Source: Podarcis erhardii
Taxonomy: Eukaryota
Reading direction: 5' to 3' (one strand)
Assembly: GCA_964252035.1 (NCBI GenBank)
Contig: OZ176204.1
Length of the DNA stretch: 64,000 bases
Position 1 is the first letter of the stretch; the number at the start of each line of letters is the position of its first letter. Of this stretch, positions 1 to 13,289 are shown piece after piece. The translations under genes and the position numbers were made by a program. The notes beneath the pieces are model-generated. The model saw only the letters and a program-made list of their open reading frames with translations. It was not told the DNA's origin and did not search any database.

Positions 1-1368
1 TCTCACTCATGCATCACTCAATGCTACAGCAGAAGGTATTCTTGATTGCAAAATACAGAAAGTTAAGTCTCAAATATGGGCCTGAGTCCCAGCCTCAGAT
101 GTATGCTCAGCTTACATGGTTTGAACAGAAGAGAGGGAGAGAGAGGAACAGGAAACAGACAATACTTTCTCCATCCCTGAAGGGGTGTGTGACCTAGATG
201 TACTTTATAAAATTACAGCTATGTGGTCCATAACCCCTTAGTTTACTAACTAGTATAGAAATGCACTGTTAGGTTTGTTGCCAAAAACTCCCACCATCAA
301 CAAACCCCAAGAACAGCATGAGAGGTGGCTGGAAGGAAAGGAGGAAAACCTGGAGTGCCATTTTCTGTTGAGGGAAGACCCTTACATCTAAAGCAGAAAA
401 AAATGGACTTGCAACATGTTGTAGCGCATCCCAATTCCTGAACAGTCCTTCTGTTTAGGGCTCCAGCTAACACAGAATAGGAACTGCTCAAAATAAGCTT
501 CTTTTAAAAAAATCTAATGACACACAGCCCCTTTCCCCACTCTAGGATATAGTATGGGGCTTGAGCAGGCCCATTTCCTTTCTCCCCCAATCCCCTATTT
601 CCCGCTCCTTCGTCTCAACTGCTTTCAACTATAGGCCAAAATTGATAAATTCACAGTGTCTGCAAATCTTCTGGCTCCTCCCACAACCCCGAAAGCAATC
701 TTTATAAACCAAGGTTAGTGAATCTGCGCCCTCCCTCCTGGGATACTCTTGGACTCTTAACCCCTGTCAGCCCACCCCACCCATCATGGCCAAAAGTCAG
801 GGACCCAACAGTCCAACAGATTCCCCATCCCTGCTCTAAATGGATAGGCATAACCATGTGAATTTAATCTGTGTGGTGTCACTTTATTTCATATGCCAAC
901 AGTAGTGACTCTTCTACATGATTATTATCTCCTGACAGATCTCTATGGAAAGAGCTTATTGCATATAGGTCATATTCATGGCCTTGACTTCTTTGTGCTC
1001 CGAGTCTTGACTGTGCTGAATCTCTTCTTTGTACTATGCACTGTTACAGTTCTGTCATTCCCTCACTCTTTAATTAAAGCTTTTAATTTAGAAACAAAAT
1101 AGAGAAGAAACTACCACAGAAAGCATTGAGAAGCCTAAGTGCTTCAAAATGCTTCCAAAACCCAGCGAGCCCAGGAACATCACTCACATTTTTCACTAAC
1201 CTTGCCCAGAGATAGACTCACCACTGCTATGTGACCACTACATTTGTAGACCCTTGTCCAGAGACTGCAGAATATTCTACACAGCCAAGTTAATTGATGT
1301 TCAATCTTGGTAAAAAAAAATTTGGGGGGTGGGGGTGGGGATGCTCAACTCCAACCAACTTAGAAGAT

Positions 1369-1558
1369 GGAACATAGGAAGCTACCTATACCATGTCAGA
1401 CCATTGGTCCACCTAGCTCATTATTGTCTACACTCACTGTCAGCCATTTCCCAAGGCTGGAGACAGGGCTCTCTTCCAGCTCTACCTGTATATGCTGAGG
1501 ATTGGACTGGGAACCTTCTACATGGAAACCACTTGCTCTAACACTGAGCTACAGCCCT
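1369..1558 (-). mobile_element. tRNA-derived SINE (Squam2-like)
   Basis: Minus strand GGGCTGTAGCTCAGTG..AGAGC head with GGACCAATGGTCTGAC...CTTCCTATGTTCC tail. Confidence 0.78.
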
Positions 1559-1868
1559 TCTCAAGGATGAAGGCAAAGCATGAACACAGTTCCCCAATAC
1601 CAGAAATTATGCAATCATGTTTCTTCCATTTGAAAAAATTGCGGGGGTCAGCAGATGCAGATTGCAATGGATGGGCCTCACCCCGGAAAAACTACCTTCA
1701 CAACTGTGGTATCTCACCTGAAAGGGACATGTTAAACAACGAAGCAGAACCAGGGTTCAAAATTAGCAGGGCACCAGGCACATTTTGCGCCTAAAGATTC
1801 TCCATTTGCGAGCACCTCTGGGTGCCATTTTTTGCGCCTGGCTGACACTCAAGGATTACTGAAATGTA

Positions 1869-2107
1869 CAGTGGTACCTCCGGTTACAAACTTAATTCGT
1901 TCCGGAGGTCCGTTCTTAACCCAAAACCGTTCTTAACCTGAGGCGCACTTTCGCTAATGGCGCCTCCCGCTGCCGTGGCGCCGTCATGCAACTTCAGCTC
2001 ACATCCTGGGTCAAAGTTTGCAACCAGGAGCACCTACTTCCAGGTTAGCAGAGCTTGTAACCCTAAGTGTTGGTAAGGAGAACGGTATGTAACACGAGGT
2101 TCCACTG
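1869..2107. mobile_element. Tigger/pogo-like MITE, subfamily B
   Basis: TA|CAGTGGTACCTCCGGTTAC ... CGAGGTTCCACTG|TA; terminal inverted repeats (TIRs) and TA duplication. Confidence 0.9.
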
Positions 2108-2678
2108 TATGTGCTCTGAAGCCTCAGAGTATATGTTAAGAATAAACAATAAGTTAAGGAGTTTAACAATAAAGAATGTTTTGAAAACCGAAGTATGATA
2201 CCAATATTTGTATTGTAAACACCAAATTAAACATGTATTAAAAATGTGATATTAACAATGTGCCACTTATGTGAATTGCGTATTAATTCATGCTTATCAA
2301 AATAATAAAGTGTTGCTGACCCCCCCCCTTCCAGTGACGACTAGACATTCTATTTTGGTGCCCACAACCCAGGTCCCAGAAGCCATTTGGCTCCTAGCTT
2401 TTTTATCCCAGCTTCGAACACTGAGCAGAACAGTTTCAATTGCAACTTTTAAAATAACTGCTTAGTTGTCCAATAGTAAAAAAACCTCAGTGGCCTAATT
2501 TGGATGATTGAGGCTTCATAAATCATCAGATTTTAGCTGATCAATTTATATTTAACAAGAGTTCCTCAGATTTGGACATAATGGGCAAACAGATACTAAG
2601 ATCTGAAGTGGTACACAAGTGAAGAAAGGGAGGGGCTAGAAAGAAATGCTCTGCACAGAGCATTGTCAATAAAAAGAC

Positions 2679-2704
2679 TGTTTGTTTGTTTGTTTGTTTG
2701 TTTG
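2679..2704. repeat. (GTTT)n microsatellite
   Basis: Direct reading. Confidence 0.9.
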
Positions 2705-5276
2705 ATTTATATACTGCCCTTTATCCAAAGATCACAGGGCAGTTTACATTATAAAAACACATAAATACATAATGTAACAAACCAACAAACTATTTCACAG
2801 CAGGAGCACTTTAAAGCTAATGTTGATGACCATACAGTACACCCTGAATGCCATTACACTAAAGCTGCAAAAGCTACAACTTCAGCACTAACAAAACAAA
2901 TTTTATGCATAACTGTACTGCTCAACATCTGCATTCCTCTTCCAGTTTAAAGAGAGATCACAGATTCCTGTGTACGAATAGGGACAGGTCTGTGACAATG
3001 GATTCTGGCATCAAGGCATTCACCATTTCAAAAAGATGTCTCAGATAGGCCAGGAAGGGCAATTATCAGGTATTGTAAGGTATCTTGATTGACAGACTGG
3101 TAAATATGCTGAACATGAACACTTAGCACGATCTGATTTACATGTACATCCATTTTTGTGACTGTGTTGCATTTTTGTTGGGTGGGCTTTCTGTGATTGG
3201 GTTGGGTGGTCGCTGTACAAGCATTAAAAAAATTGTAACTCACTTCTGTTTGGGGTTCTTTTCCCACTTCTTGTTTTGTAAGTTGGAACCTCTGTTTCAA
3301 CAGACCGATAAAGATCAGGCTTACTAGCTGCTTTGCTTTGTCTATACTTGGTTGCAATCCTGATTCTTACCTGTGACCAACAAGAAGACCTTGCAAGGGA
3401 TGGCGAGTGTCTTGAGCAAGGGGTGAACTTCCAAGTGTCTCCCCTGAGCTTTCTTATAACGACTGCAAACTTATTTTCTTCAATAGTATTATTTTGTTTA
3501 GTTAAATTTCACAAGCATCTACTTCTGTTAGTGATTTTTAGAAGATTTTGTCCTAGACAAATATCAGGAAAGAAAAAAGTATAGCTGCTTTAAAGATAAT
3601 AAGCAGGCTAAGGTGTATCTTGTGGACTATTTATGGGCCTATGCTTCAGCTATTTGATCTAGTCATACTGAAATAAGACCCTATTGTTTACAACTCTAAA
3701 ATAGCTTCAGAAAAATTAGAAATCAGTTTATTTTCTAACATACACTAACCTGGCAGATATGTAGCTAACACAACACAGGGAGCTTATTGCATTTACACAG
3801 CAGTTTCGAAACAGCTATATGCTATAAGTTCAAGTAGACAGAAAGGAATAAGGCAACTGCTTTTGCTGCTCAGACTGGCCCTGTGAACCACAGACAGGAG
3901 CAAACAGTAAGCAACTAAGCAGCTAAGGACAAAGAGAAAAATCAAGTGAAACAAAGAAAACGTAAGCAAACTGGTTTCAGAAACTGGATTGCCTCCTTTG
4001 AGGCTTCCTACATCAGTAAAGAAACCCCAGAAGGTGCCCAAATTTCCTTTATGGAAATATACATGGATTTGAAAGATTTCTAAAGACACGTAGCTATCTG
4101 TTGCTGACGTAATTCCAACAAGGTCAATTGGTTCAATTTCAACATTTCTTGGTAGCCTTAACATGCATATTCCCCAAACTGATGCCCTTAAATTGGCAGC
4201 CCACAGCTTTCCTCTTCTCCAATAGAACTATAACCATAACCGAATCTTAAGTTCTATTTAGAACTTTACATATAACCTAAATTTATTCTGCCCGCTTCAA
4301 GTAAGCAGAGCAGTCAGTGGCAAAAGGTCATTGCACTAGAGGTAGTTCTTGTCTCAATTCCTGAATAGCATTATGTAAGCCCAAATAAAAAAGATTTGGT
4401 TTTAAAAAATAAACTAGGTAGCTACAAGCAAAACAGCTGTTTTTCACTTTTTAGAGTGCTTTTTGGAAAGTAAAACTAACAACACTCACCCATCAAAAAA
4501 AGAAAAGAAAAGAAATAGAGAAAACTTTAATGCTCACATACCTGCAATACCTCCAAACTTCATTTGCTACACTTACTTGCCTAAGAACATAAGCTAGGTG
4601 ATGTGTACAAGTAATCAGATGTTGTTCCTGGAACAAATAGCTCCTGGACTAAGATGATTCAAATTTGGTAGAAGCCGGCTGCTGCCCGCCAGGGAGCAGA
4701 TGGGTGACTTGCTGCTTTTACTCATTCCAGGCTATGTATGTTGGTTAGTAGTAATAAAATTATGAGTACTTTAAAACTCCAGCACATACACCACAAATTC
4801 AGAAACGGGTTTAAAAAGCATGTGCACTGTTAGCTCTGACAGTTTCTTATTAGAAGCTGTTGACTGTTTCTTGTTTACTCTAAACCAGAACTCAGCCAAA
4901 GCACAAACACAAAACCCAAGTCAGCTTTAAACCCCTAAAAGTCCTTAAAGCACAAAAGTCCTTAAAAACCAAAAGTGATAGCCATAAAATAGAGTGAAGT
5001 GGGGGGGACACGGACAAATTTTTTGCTTCAAATAATAATAATAATAAAGTTTCTTCCCTTAACTGCAGCATTATTCAATGTTAAGTAAAATAGATTTGTT
5101 TTCCCCCTAGCATAAACACAACAGAGGAAGACAAAAGATCGCATTGGATTTTACTTGAGTGGCTCACTTCACAAAGGCAAGCAGAGCTGATTTTCTTTCT
5201 TCTTTTTTAAGCCAGCAAAATCTCACATTCTCCACCCTAGCTAGTCAAACAAACAAACAAACCAGAAACAAGTTAC

Positions 5277-5303
5277 CTGCCGCAGGCCCAAAAGGAAAGG
5301 CAT
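5277..5303 (-). CDS. WBP1L: WBP1L alternative first coding exon (short isoform)
   Basis: ATGCCTTTCCTTTTGGGCCTGCGGCAG|gtaact = MPFLLGLRQ, matching the remembered human short-isoform N-terminus; phase 0. Exon 2 (DKEACVG...) was not found in the window. Confidence 0.9.
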
Positions 5304-5620
5304 TCTGCATTCTCATAATCCACGCTAGGGGCTTAAACAAAGGAATTTCTAGAATCCCAGAATAATAATTTCCTCATCTGTAATGGACAGGCTGCATCCG
5401 CAATCCTGTTTAAACCAGGGCTTCCTTGGCTGGGAATGTTAAGTAAACAGGGTCCCAGGACATAGAATGCACTCACTCAGCCTCTCTCTCTCTCTCTCTC
5501 CCCTCCCTGTGACCAATCTCAAAAGCAGCAGAGCCTCCGTAGGCGTTTGCCAAGGGGGAAGTGACATCAGTAGCAGCACTGCAAGAGGGGGGGAAAGCTT
5601 CAGACAGCTGCTGATTAACA
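5304..5620 (-). promoter_or_regulatory. Putative internal non-CpG promoter and 5' UTR of the short WBP1L isoform
   Basis: Directly upstream of the MPFLLGLRQ exon; contains (CT)n at 5482-5500, an ETS-like GGAAGT near 5557 and an E-box CAGCTG. TSS unknown. Confidence 0.5.
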
Positions 5621-5838
5621 ACTCAAAGAGGCCTACTGCATAGAAGAAAATGCACAGTAGTTAGCAAACAGAAAGCACTTACACCGGAAACCTGGTATTT
5701 ACGGACTACTATGGTTGTTAAATGCACTAAAAAATTGTAAGATAAACTTTTAGTTATATTTAATTATATTAGAAAAGTATTAGTTGAACAAACAACAGGC
5801 CTTTCTTTCAAAATCATTCACTAAGTCCATGAAAGCTA

Positions 5839-5839
5839 G

Positions 5840-5871
<32 letters not shown>

Positions 5872-6125
5872 GGCCTCTGTCTGTCCTGGAAGACAATGGA
5901 AGAGTGCGCCTTTGGGGGTGAAGTCAAACTGTTGGAAGGTTACAGAGCCTGCCATGGTTGTACGAACCAATAGGGGAGAGACATGTCTTGTTGCAGCTGG
6001 GCAACTAAAGGCATCTGGTTGTGCTGATACAGGTGTGCTATGACATTTCTTCTCTCTGCACTCCTCCCAGCAATCATTCCTCCTCTGCCCACTGCTGTGG
6101 ATACACCTGGGGTCACACCTGCCTA
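5839..6125 (-). mobile_element. RTE-clade 3' fragment with (CAA)n tail
   Basis: Homologous to 30800-31035 (AGACAATGGA.GAGTGC.CCTTTG.GGGTGAAGTCAAACTGTTG); (TTG)n at 5839-5871. Confidence 0.85.
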
Positions 6126-9100
6126 TTAGAGGTAAGTATTCAGGTGTTCATTTACAAATTTTCACATAAATTCAAGACCAACTTCAAGCCAAATTTTCAC
6201 CCTCTTCCAGTCTGAATTAACTCTGGTTTTCTGGACAATTTGAGCAAAAGTGTCTTTAACTGTAGCTCCTGCACTGCACTGGCAAACTTCTTCGGAAACA
6301 GCAATTTTTAAACGCCATTTGGAATATAGTAGGTTATCCTGCCATTTTAAAGGGGGAAATGTGTTTGTGTGTATTCATTCTTTGGTGATCACTCGTAGCT
6401 GAGTAAGATTGTCTTACTTGTCCATAGTGTGTGTGTGTGTGTGTGTAAAATTGATGGTAAGGTTGGCTGTTGCATTCAGGTTTAGCAAAATGCATCCCAG
6501 ATGCATCTTCCATTTTAGAAATCTTCCATTTTAGAAACTGTCATTCATGTCCCAGTGACCTCAGTGTTCTGTGAGGGTCCAACTTTAATAATTTGTCTGG
6601 AAATCAGCTGGTTCAGAATGCCTCTACTGTATTTGTTTATGAGCTGTTGGGAACAGTTTTGAAACTTCTGCATTGACTGCCAGTTTGTTTCCAAGCCTAA
6701 TGCAAAGTGCTGGTTATGACTCTCAAATCTCCACATTGCCCAAGCCTTGGCTATCTCGGGACACACATTCTCTCTCTCTCTGACAACAGGCACCTCCACT
6801 GGATTCTCACATCTGCTGACCAGGCTCCACTCAGTTTCATAGGCTGTTCCTTTGAAATGCTTTGAAATAAATACCTTCCCCATACAAAGGAGAGGTAAAG
6901 GGAATCCCAAAGTTGCTGTCCAGAAGCATAAACAGATTGTTCAAAAGGAGATTCTACACCTAGGCCTTAGAGCTCTTCTCACTTTTCATGCCAGTGGTAG
7001 CTAGTTTCTCAAAAACTGTTTGTCTTCTTGTAAGCAATGGAGTACAGCGGTACAGCAAGTTCCAAAGTAATAGAGATGATATGAAAGAAAGTGATCTAAA
7101 TTTAACTTTTGCTATACCTCTGCTTTAAAAGTTCAGCAATCTTTTTTGTGCTTCTCTTAAATCAGCAGCTGTTCTCGCCTGTCACATGTCAGCTTAGAAG
7201 CCTCACCACTCCCCCATGTCGGGACACATTGCATACATATTTACCAGACTGGGAAGTTTCCCCTTCTTTCTGTTTGTTTGTTTGTCTATTGCAGATCTCT
7301 TTAAAAATCAATAGTTCTACAATGTTGCAAAAAATGTTGCGTAAGAACTGCAATAAGTTCATCCACCATTAAAAAAAAAAGTGGTCTCCTGAAAGTTACT
7401 GGAAATTCAGTTACACAGCTTAGTCAATGATGAAAAGGGGAAGAAAACTTATTCCAAAGAACATCCCAGTGCAGATGATTTAAGGACCACAGGCTCCCTC
7501 CTTCTCTCACAAATCTCTTCCTCCACTCTGTGCCCCCCAATTTCTCACCCTTTCTCTTCCTTCTCTTTTATTTCTCTGCATCTCCCCCCCCCCCAAAAAA
7601 ACCAGTATCTCCATGCCTGCCTGCTGAGTACAGAGGCAACAGTAACAAAGCTTTCCTTCTTTTACCATTTCACATACAAAGACATATGAAGGTAGAAAGG
7701 TATTTTTTACTGGGTAAAATCATTGCTCCATCTAGCTTTGTATGATCGGGGGTTCCCAACCTTTTTAGGCCTGCAGGCAGATTTAAAAATCTTAGAAACT
7801 GCCATGGGCGCCACAAATGCACCCATTTCACAGGAGAAACACAACGATGCTCAAAACCCACATCAAAAGCAGGGGAAAGACCTCCATACAACCCAAAACA
7901 AACTAAATACAAAACAAAAAGAAAAGGCAACACTCCCTGCCAATCAAACATCCCCTCAAAACCAACAACAACACCCTGAGAAACAACCTCAGCTAACTTT
8001 GTTTTAATTGGAAAGGGGAGGGAGTCTTGGCAGGTGCAAAGGAGGTGCGTGAAAAGCTCAGGTACGGAAGAATCTAGCACTGATTGTAAACTTAAAACAC
8101 ATTTTGCTAAGTATTTCTGTATGAAGGAGACAAGAGGCAGAAGGCATAATGCTACATAAATGGACTGTCAGCAATAGATGTTTTGCTCAAAGTACTAGGA
8201 CAAAACGAATATACAAAATGCACAGTATACACGTACCATCCCTGCCTTTTCTTGTTGAGCTACAGTCATCCTTTATGGTTAGCCATGGAACAGGCTACAT
8301 TCCTTTATATTAGGAACTTGTGTGCAATTCATGGCCTCATTAGAATCCCAGCACAGAGCAAGAATGTGCACAGAGAACAGTGGGCGGCCAGGTAGATATG
8401 TTGGTGCTGAAAGCCACAAACTCACTCAACTCACATGATGAGCGTGCACACCATTGTAGGCCATGTCTGGGCAGTAATGAGATAGAAACAGGAAAGCATA
8501 GCTGTAATAATTCCTAGCTCTTCCAAAATGGTTACTTGCGAATTGCAGCTCTAACTTCACTCATTGGCTAAAACTATGTAAGATGGCAACTACGAACCAG
8601 GTTTGCTCATTTCACAGAAACGGGGTGTGTGTGTGTGTGTGTGTGTTCACATTTTGGCTTATATGGTTTGATCTACAGCACGTAAGAACTTTTAAAGCTT
8701 TTTTTTAATGGCAGCTAAGAGTCTAGAACCCCTAATGGCTTTGCCCCCACCCCAAAGAAACACCACCCGACCCTTTCTACCCATCTGGCAGCAGCTCTGG
8801 TCCCAGTGGCACTTCACTGTTGCTTTGTGGTGGGTTTTTTTTGTTTGCCAAAGTGATCCTTATTTGAACTCCAATTAGAAACCCAGTTGCCTCAGCCTTA
8901 TCTGTCCAGAGCCTTTCTAATGACACTCACAGCAACAACAAAAAATGGGGAGAGGGAGAAACAGTTATTGCACAATGGGGCATGATTTTTATTCTCCCTT
9001 GCATCTTCACTATGAAAATTCCCATAGTGTTTGAAATGCACCCATGGTGAGGGAACGCAGGATCAGGACAATGTACATAAGAGAGAACGAGATAAAGGCT

Positions 9101-9975
9101 GGAGCTTGCTTACAATAAAAGGCAAAGGTCAAAGTGAACACTGCCGGCTTGCCTTTGGGCAGAATACCACAAGCACATTTTCTCTCATTTCTCTCAGATC
9201 ATATTTCCCCCACCCCCCCCCACACACTTTTTTTCTTCTTTTTTCTCTCTGAAGGAAAAGCAGAAAAAATGCTGAACATAGAAGAATGATGATCGGAGTG
9301 GTTGGAGCAAGGAAGCAAACACAGACTAATATCATTTGCTGTGTTCCAAGTTGTATATTTCCATGCCCAGCCACTGTCACCTCTTTGTTGGCAGTTGTTT
9401 GTGCCTCCAATAAGCCGCTAGGGATCAGTTACAGGAGATTCACTGCTTGTTCTTCTGACTTGTTCTTGAAAGAGTAGATGCATATTGGAATTGAGAACAT
9501 AATGCTGGTATAAGCATACACACACACACACAGACAAAACCACTCCAAAACGAAGGTAGTTTTTAAAAACTTTAAGCATAATATGTTAGCATGCATGACC
9601 AGAAAGCACGAGAGTTTTGTTTGCAACTTAGTGCTAGATCTGAGTTGGGTTGGGTGCAAGGGGGAAATTTAGGTAGATTAACTTTGCTGCAACCTGAGAG
9701 ATGTTCTGATTGGAAGATTTTAAGGTGGAAATGCAAACTGGCACTACTGCAGGCTTGCAGAAGGGTTAACAGAGGATTTGGGCTTCATTGCAGGGTTGTA
9801 GTAAACTGCTCTCTGCCACAGCTGCCAATTTTTACGAAGTTTAAAAAGGAAGAAAATACATGTTTTCACGTGAAATAAGAACTGAATTAGAAAGAACAGG
9901 AATTCCCATCTTCATTACAACATTTTTTTGGAAAGTGGGCAAGTAAACAGGTACATGGCTGTGAAGTTACAAGAA

Positions 9976-10184
9976 CAGTGGTACCTCAGGTTACATACAC
10001 TTCAGGTTACATACTCTGCTAACCCAGAAATAGTGCTTCAGGTTAAGAACTTTGCTTCAGGTTGAGAACAGAAACCGTGCTCCAGCAGCATGGCAGCAGT
10101 AGGAGGCCCCATTAGCTAAAGTGGTGCTTCAGGTTAAGTACGGACCTCCGGAAAGAATTAAGTACTTAACCCGAGGTACCACTG
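9976..10184. mobile_element. Tigger/pogo-like MITE, subfamily A
   Basis: CAGTGGTACCTCAGGTTA ... TAACCCGAGGTACCACTG|TA; left TA mutated to AA. Confidence 0.9.
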
Positions 10185-10914
10185 TATACTAATATTCTGT
10201 TGTCTTCTATGGGCTGCTCTAACTTCTGCAGTGGAGGAAAGTAGCTTCTATAAGCAGGAGTGGCTAGCTTGTGTCCCGCCATTTCTGCTGGACTCCAACT
10301 CCCATCAGGTCCAGTCAACAAGCTAGCCACCCCAGTTCTATAGGAATCAGAAAGCTCCATCTTGTGATTCTAGCCTATTTGCTTTTTCTTTCTGAGTACA
10401 TAATACATACATGATATCACTACTTCCTTGACATGCTAGTCATAGCTGGGACTTCCGTTACTAGCTTTCACAATGGGAGCAACTGAACAACTAAACAACT
10501 GGGCAGAATATGAGCAGCACATTTTCTCTCACATCACATTTTCTCTCAGATACACTAAGCGTAGAGAGTAGCTCTTCCCTTTTAAATAAAAGATGGGGCT
10601 CTGGGCCAGATTGTTTCCAATAGGTGCTGGCATAGCATGGCCAGAACCAAAAGGAAACACTGCCATTGTGTTAAGTTAAGTGACCAATTTTTTAAATTTA
10701 ATACTAGGCATGTGGGGCCTAGGACAGAAGTGCACAGGAAGGTGAGATTTAGCTCTTCCTTCCCCAGGTTCCAATGAAAAATCACCCTCTTGTCACTATT
10801 AGAAAAAAAGCTGCCAAGATCAAGAGAAAATATAGAAACAGGATTTTTTTTGTGAAAGAGAAATGAGTGGAACACACTTCAGCAAAAAAATAAGACTGGC
10901 CATTGTCCTCTTAC

Positions 10915-11172
10915 GTCGTCTTCTTCTTCTTTGGCGATCACTCATAGTCAAGTAAGATTGTCTTCCATAAACACAGCTTTAACAATGAGTCTGTAAGTGA
11001 CTGTGGAGGCCAATTCTGGATCCACACGTCCTTCCACAGTGGGGACATTGGTTTCTGGGCGGGAGTTGATCACGGTGTGGATTTGCCAAGTGTGCCTTCC
11101 TCTTAGCATGTTTCTCCCTTGCGTCCTGAGTTCGAGTGTCTTCAAAGCTGTAAAGGCTGTTCTCCAATTCCC
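10915..11172 (-). mobile_element. RTE-clade LINE 3' end (second family) with (GAA)n tail
   Basis: ORF 10979-11167 ends NQCPHCGRTCGSRIGLHSHLQTHC, a typical RTE C-terminal motif. A related 40-bp remnant lies near 6381-6417. Confidence 0.88.
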
Positions 11173-12065
11173 CTTATGTTTCTCTAGTAAACAAGAGCTG
11201 AACTGAAAGGGGGGGGGGCAAATTTAGCAAATGTTTTTGCAGCACTCAAAAACTGCCCTCTACTTTTGAGAGAGGTTTTTTTAAGCATGTGAGACTGAGG
11301 TACTGTATTACTTCCTATTCTAGAGGACTGTGAAAGGAAAGGAAGTATTCACACATAGACTCACATTGTGATGTGCATACGTAAGAATTCACATTCAAGC
11401 ATATCTAAATGCACATCTCTGCCAAACAACCATTCAGGTTTGACTGACACTAGAGTGATAGCAATAATGATTTATTTACCTCCAAGGATACTACAGGCAA
11501 TTTGTTTTATGAAGTTATCCCATTCACTATGTGATCTTCAACTGGCTGGGATCACATAATAAAGTTGTTGTTTTTTAATGTACCCAATAACAGGTGATTG
11601 GGACAGTAAATTTTTTCTCAAGTTCTTAATGCAGGTTGTGAACTTTTTCAGCCTTAGGGCAGCATTTCCTAACTGGCAACCCTCTCAGGTGGTGGGGCCG
11701 TTGGCAAAACTGGGCAGAACAACATATGGGACTCTTCCTTTGTACAGGCGGCTATATTCTAGGCATATTCTAGTGGATTCTACCTTCACAAACACCTCCC
11801 CACCTGCATTTCCATCCTCCTATCAGGCAAACAAGAAGCATTGTCTCAGTTCCATTTTGGTCAGCCCACAGTGCTCAAGAAGGGTTCAGAATAGGCTTTG
11901 TGGCCTAGGAGAGTCCTAGGGGCTGAATAGGCATGTCTGAAGGAGCATACAGTATTTGACTCCCAGGCCTGACCTTCTTCACTTGCGTACTGCATGTAGG
12001 AAACATTTTTGATCCCTCAAGATAAATAGGAAAGGCAAAAAACTGAGTTCTAGTGTCTACTATGA

Positions 12066-12357
12066 TAGGATTGCCATATGTCCAGATTTGGAGGGTTAAA
12101 AATCTCTGTCTGCGTTTGTTTGTTTTTAGAATATGCAAAAATGTCGGGGTGGTTTTCTGTGCCCTGGAAGCAGCAGAAGCAGCTCAGAGTGTAGCTTTCC
12201 TTTGCTGCCAGCAGCGGGGGGGTCGGCTCACACCAGCAGCATCCCTCCCCGATGCCCTCTGATGTTGCCAGCTCATGCAGTCCCTCCCCCGCCTCTGCCG
12301 ACCCTAAAGGAAGGGACAAGCTATGGAGATGTGCAATGAAGGGGGTGCACCAATGAG

Positions 12358-12392
<35 letters not shown>

Positions 12393-12425
12393 CAGGTTTT
12401 TGCTCTTTGGAATATGACGACCCTA
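12066..12425. mobile_element. hAT-type MITE with TAGGG-class TIR and internal (GT)n
   Basis: TAGGATTGCCATATGTCC / GGAATATGACGACCCTA; TSD TACTATGA / CACTATGA (7/8). Confidence 0.8.
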
Positions 12426-12907
12426 CACTATGAATTCACAAAATTATGGGTGTTCAGTACAAAGCACTGTGGACATACATACTTATCTGCCGCTAAATGT
12501 GTGTATCATTCATTGAACATATTTCTTTAGTGCACTTGACTTTTTTTAAAAAACTGCTCAAATAATGTTTTACTGTTGTTTCAGAAAATGTTAATGGTTC
12601 AAGTCTGGACAATCTCTAGAAGAGAATTTTGTAGCTTTGGGACAGCCACTGAACACAATTCCCTGTATGCCACACAATTCCCTATATGCCATTGCTGCTT
12701 AAACTAGAAATACATGGCCCAGACAGGAAGGCAAACACAGCAAGGAGGAAACATGATCTTCAAAGTACACAGGACCCAAACCTTGAGATCAAAGCCAATG
12801 GGAACTGACCAAACCTTTCTGTAATGTTCTCTTATGATATACAAACCATTATAAAGTTGTCCCTATCTGCCTATTTAGTGGTCAGTCAGCCTGTCAATGT
12901 TCTAAAA

Positions 12908-13289
12908 AAGGTAAAGGTAAAGGACCCCTGATAGTTAAGTCCAGTCGCAGATGACTCTGGGGTTGTGATGCTCATCTTGCTTTACAAGCCGAGGGAGCAT
13001 GCGTTTGTCTGCAGACAGTTTTTCCGGGTCATGTGGCCAGCATGACTAAGCCGCTTCTGGTGCAACGGAACATTGAAACCAGAGCAGCGCACGGAAACGC
13101 TGTTTCCCTTCCCACTGGAGAGGTACCTATTTATCTACTTGCACTTTTTGGTGTGCTTTTGATCTGCTAGGTTGGCAGGAGCTGGGACCGAGCAACGGGA
13201 GCTCACCCCGTCGCAGGGATTTGAACTGCTAACCTGATCGGCAAGCCCAATAGGCTTAGTGGTTTGAACCACAGCACCACCCGTGTCCC
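12908..13289 (-). mobile_element. Sauria SINE, full length
   Basis: (ACCTTT)n tail, GACTCTGGGGTTG core, 5' end GGGACACGGGTGGTGCTGTGG on the minus strand. Confidence 0.92.
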
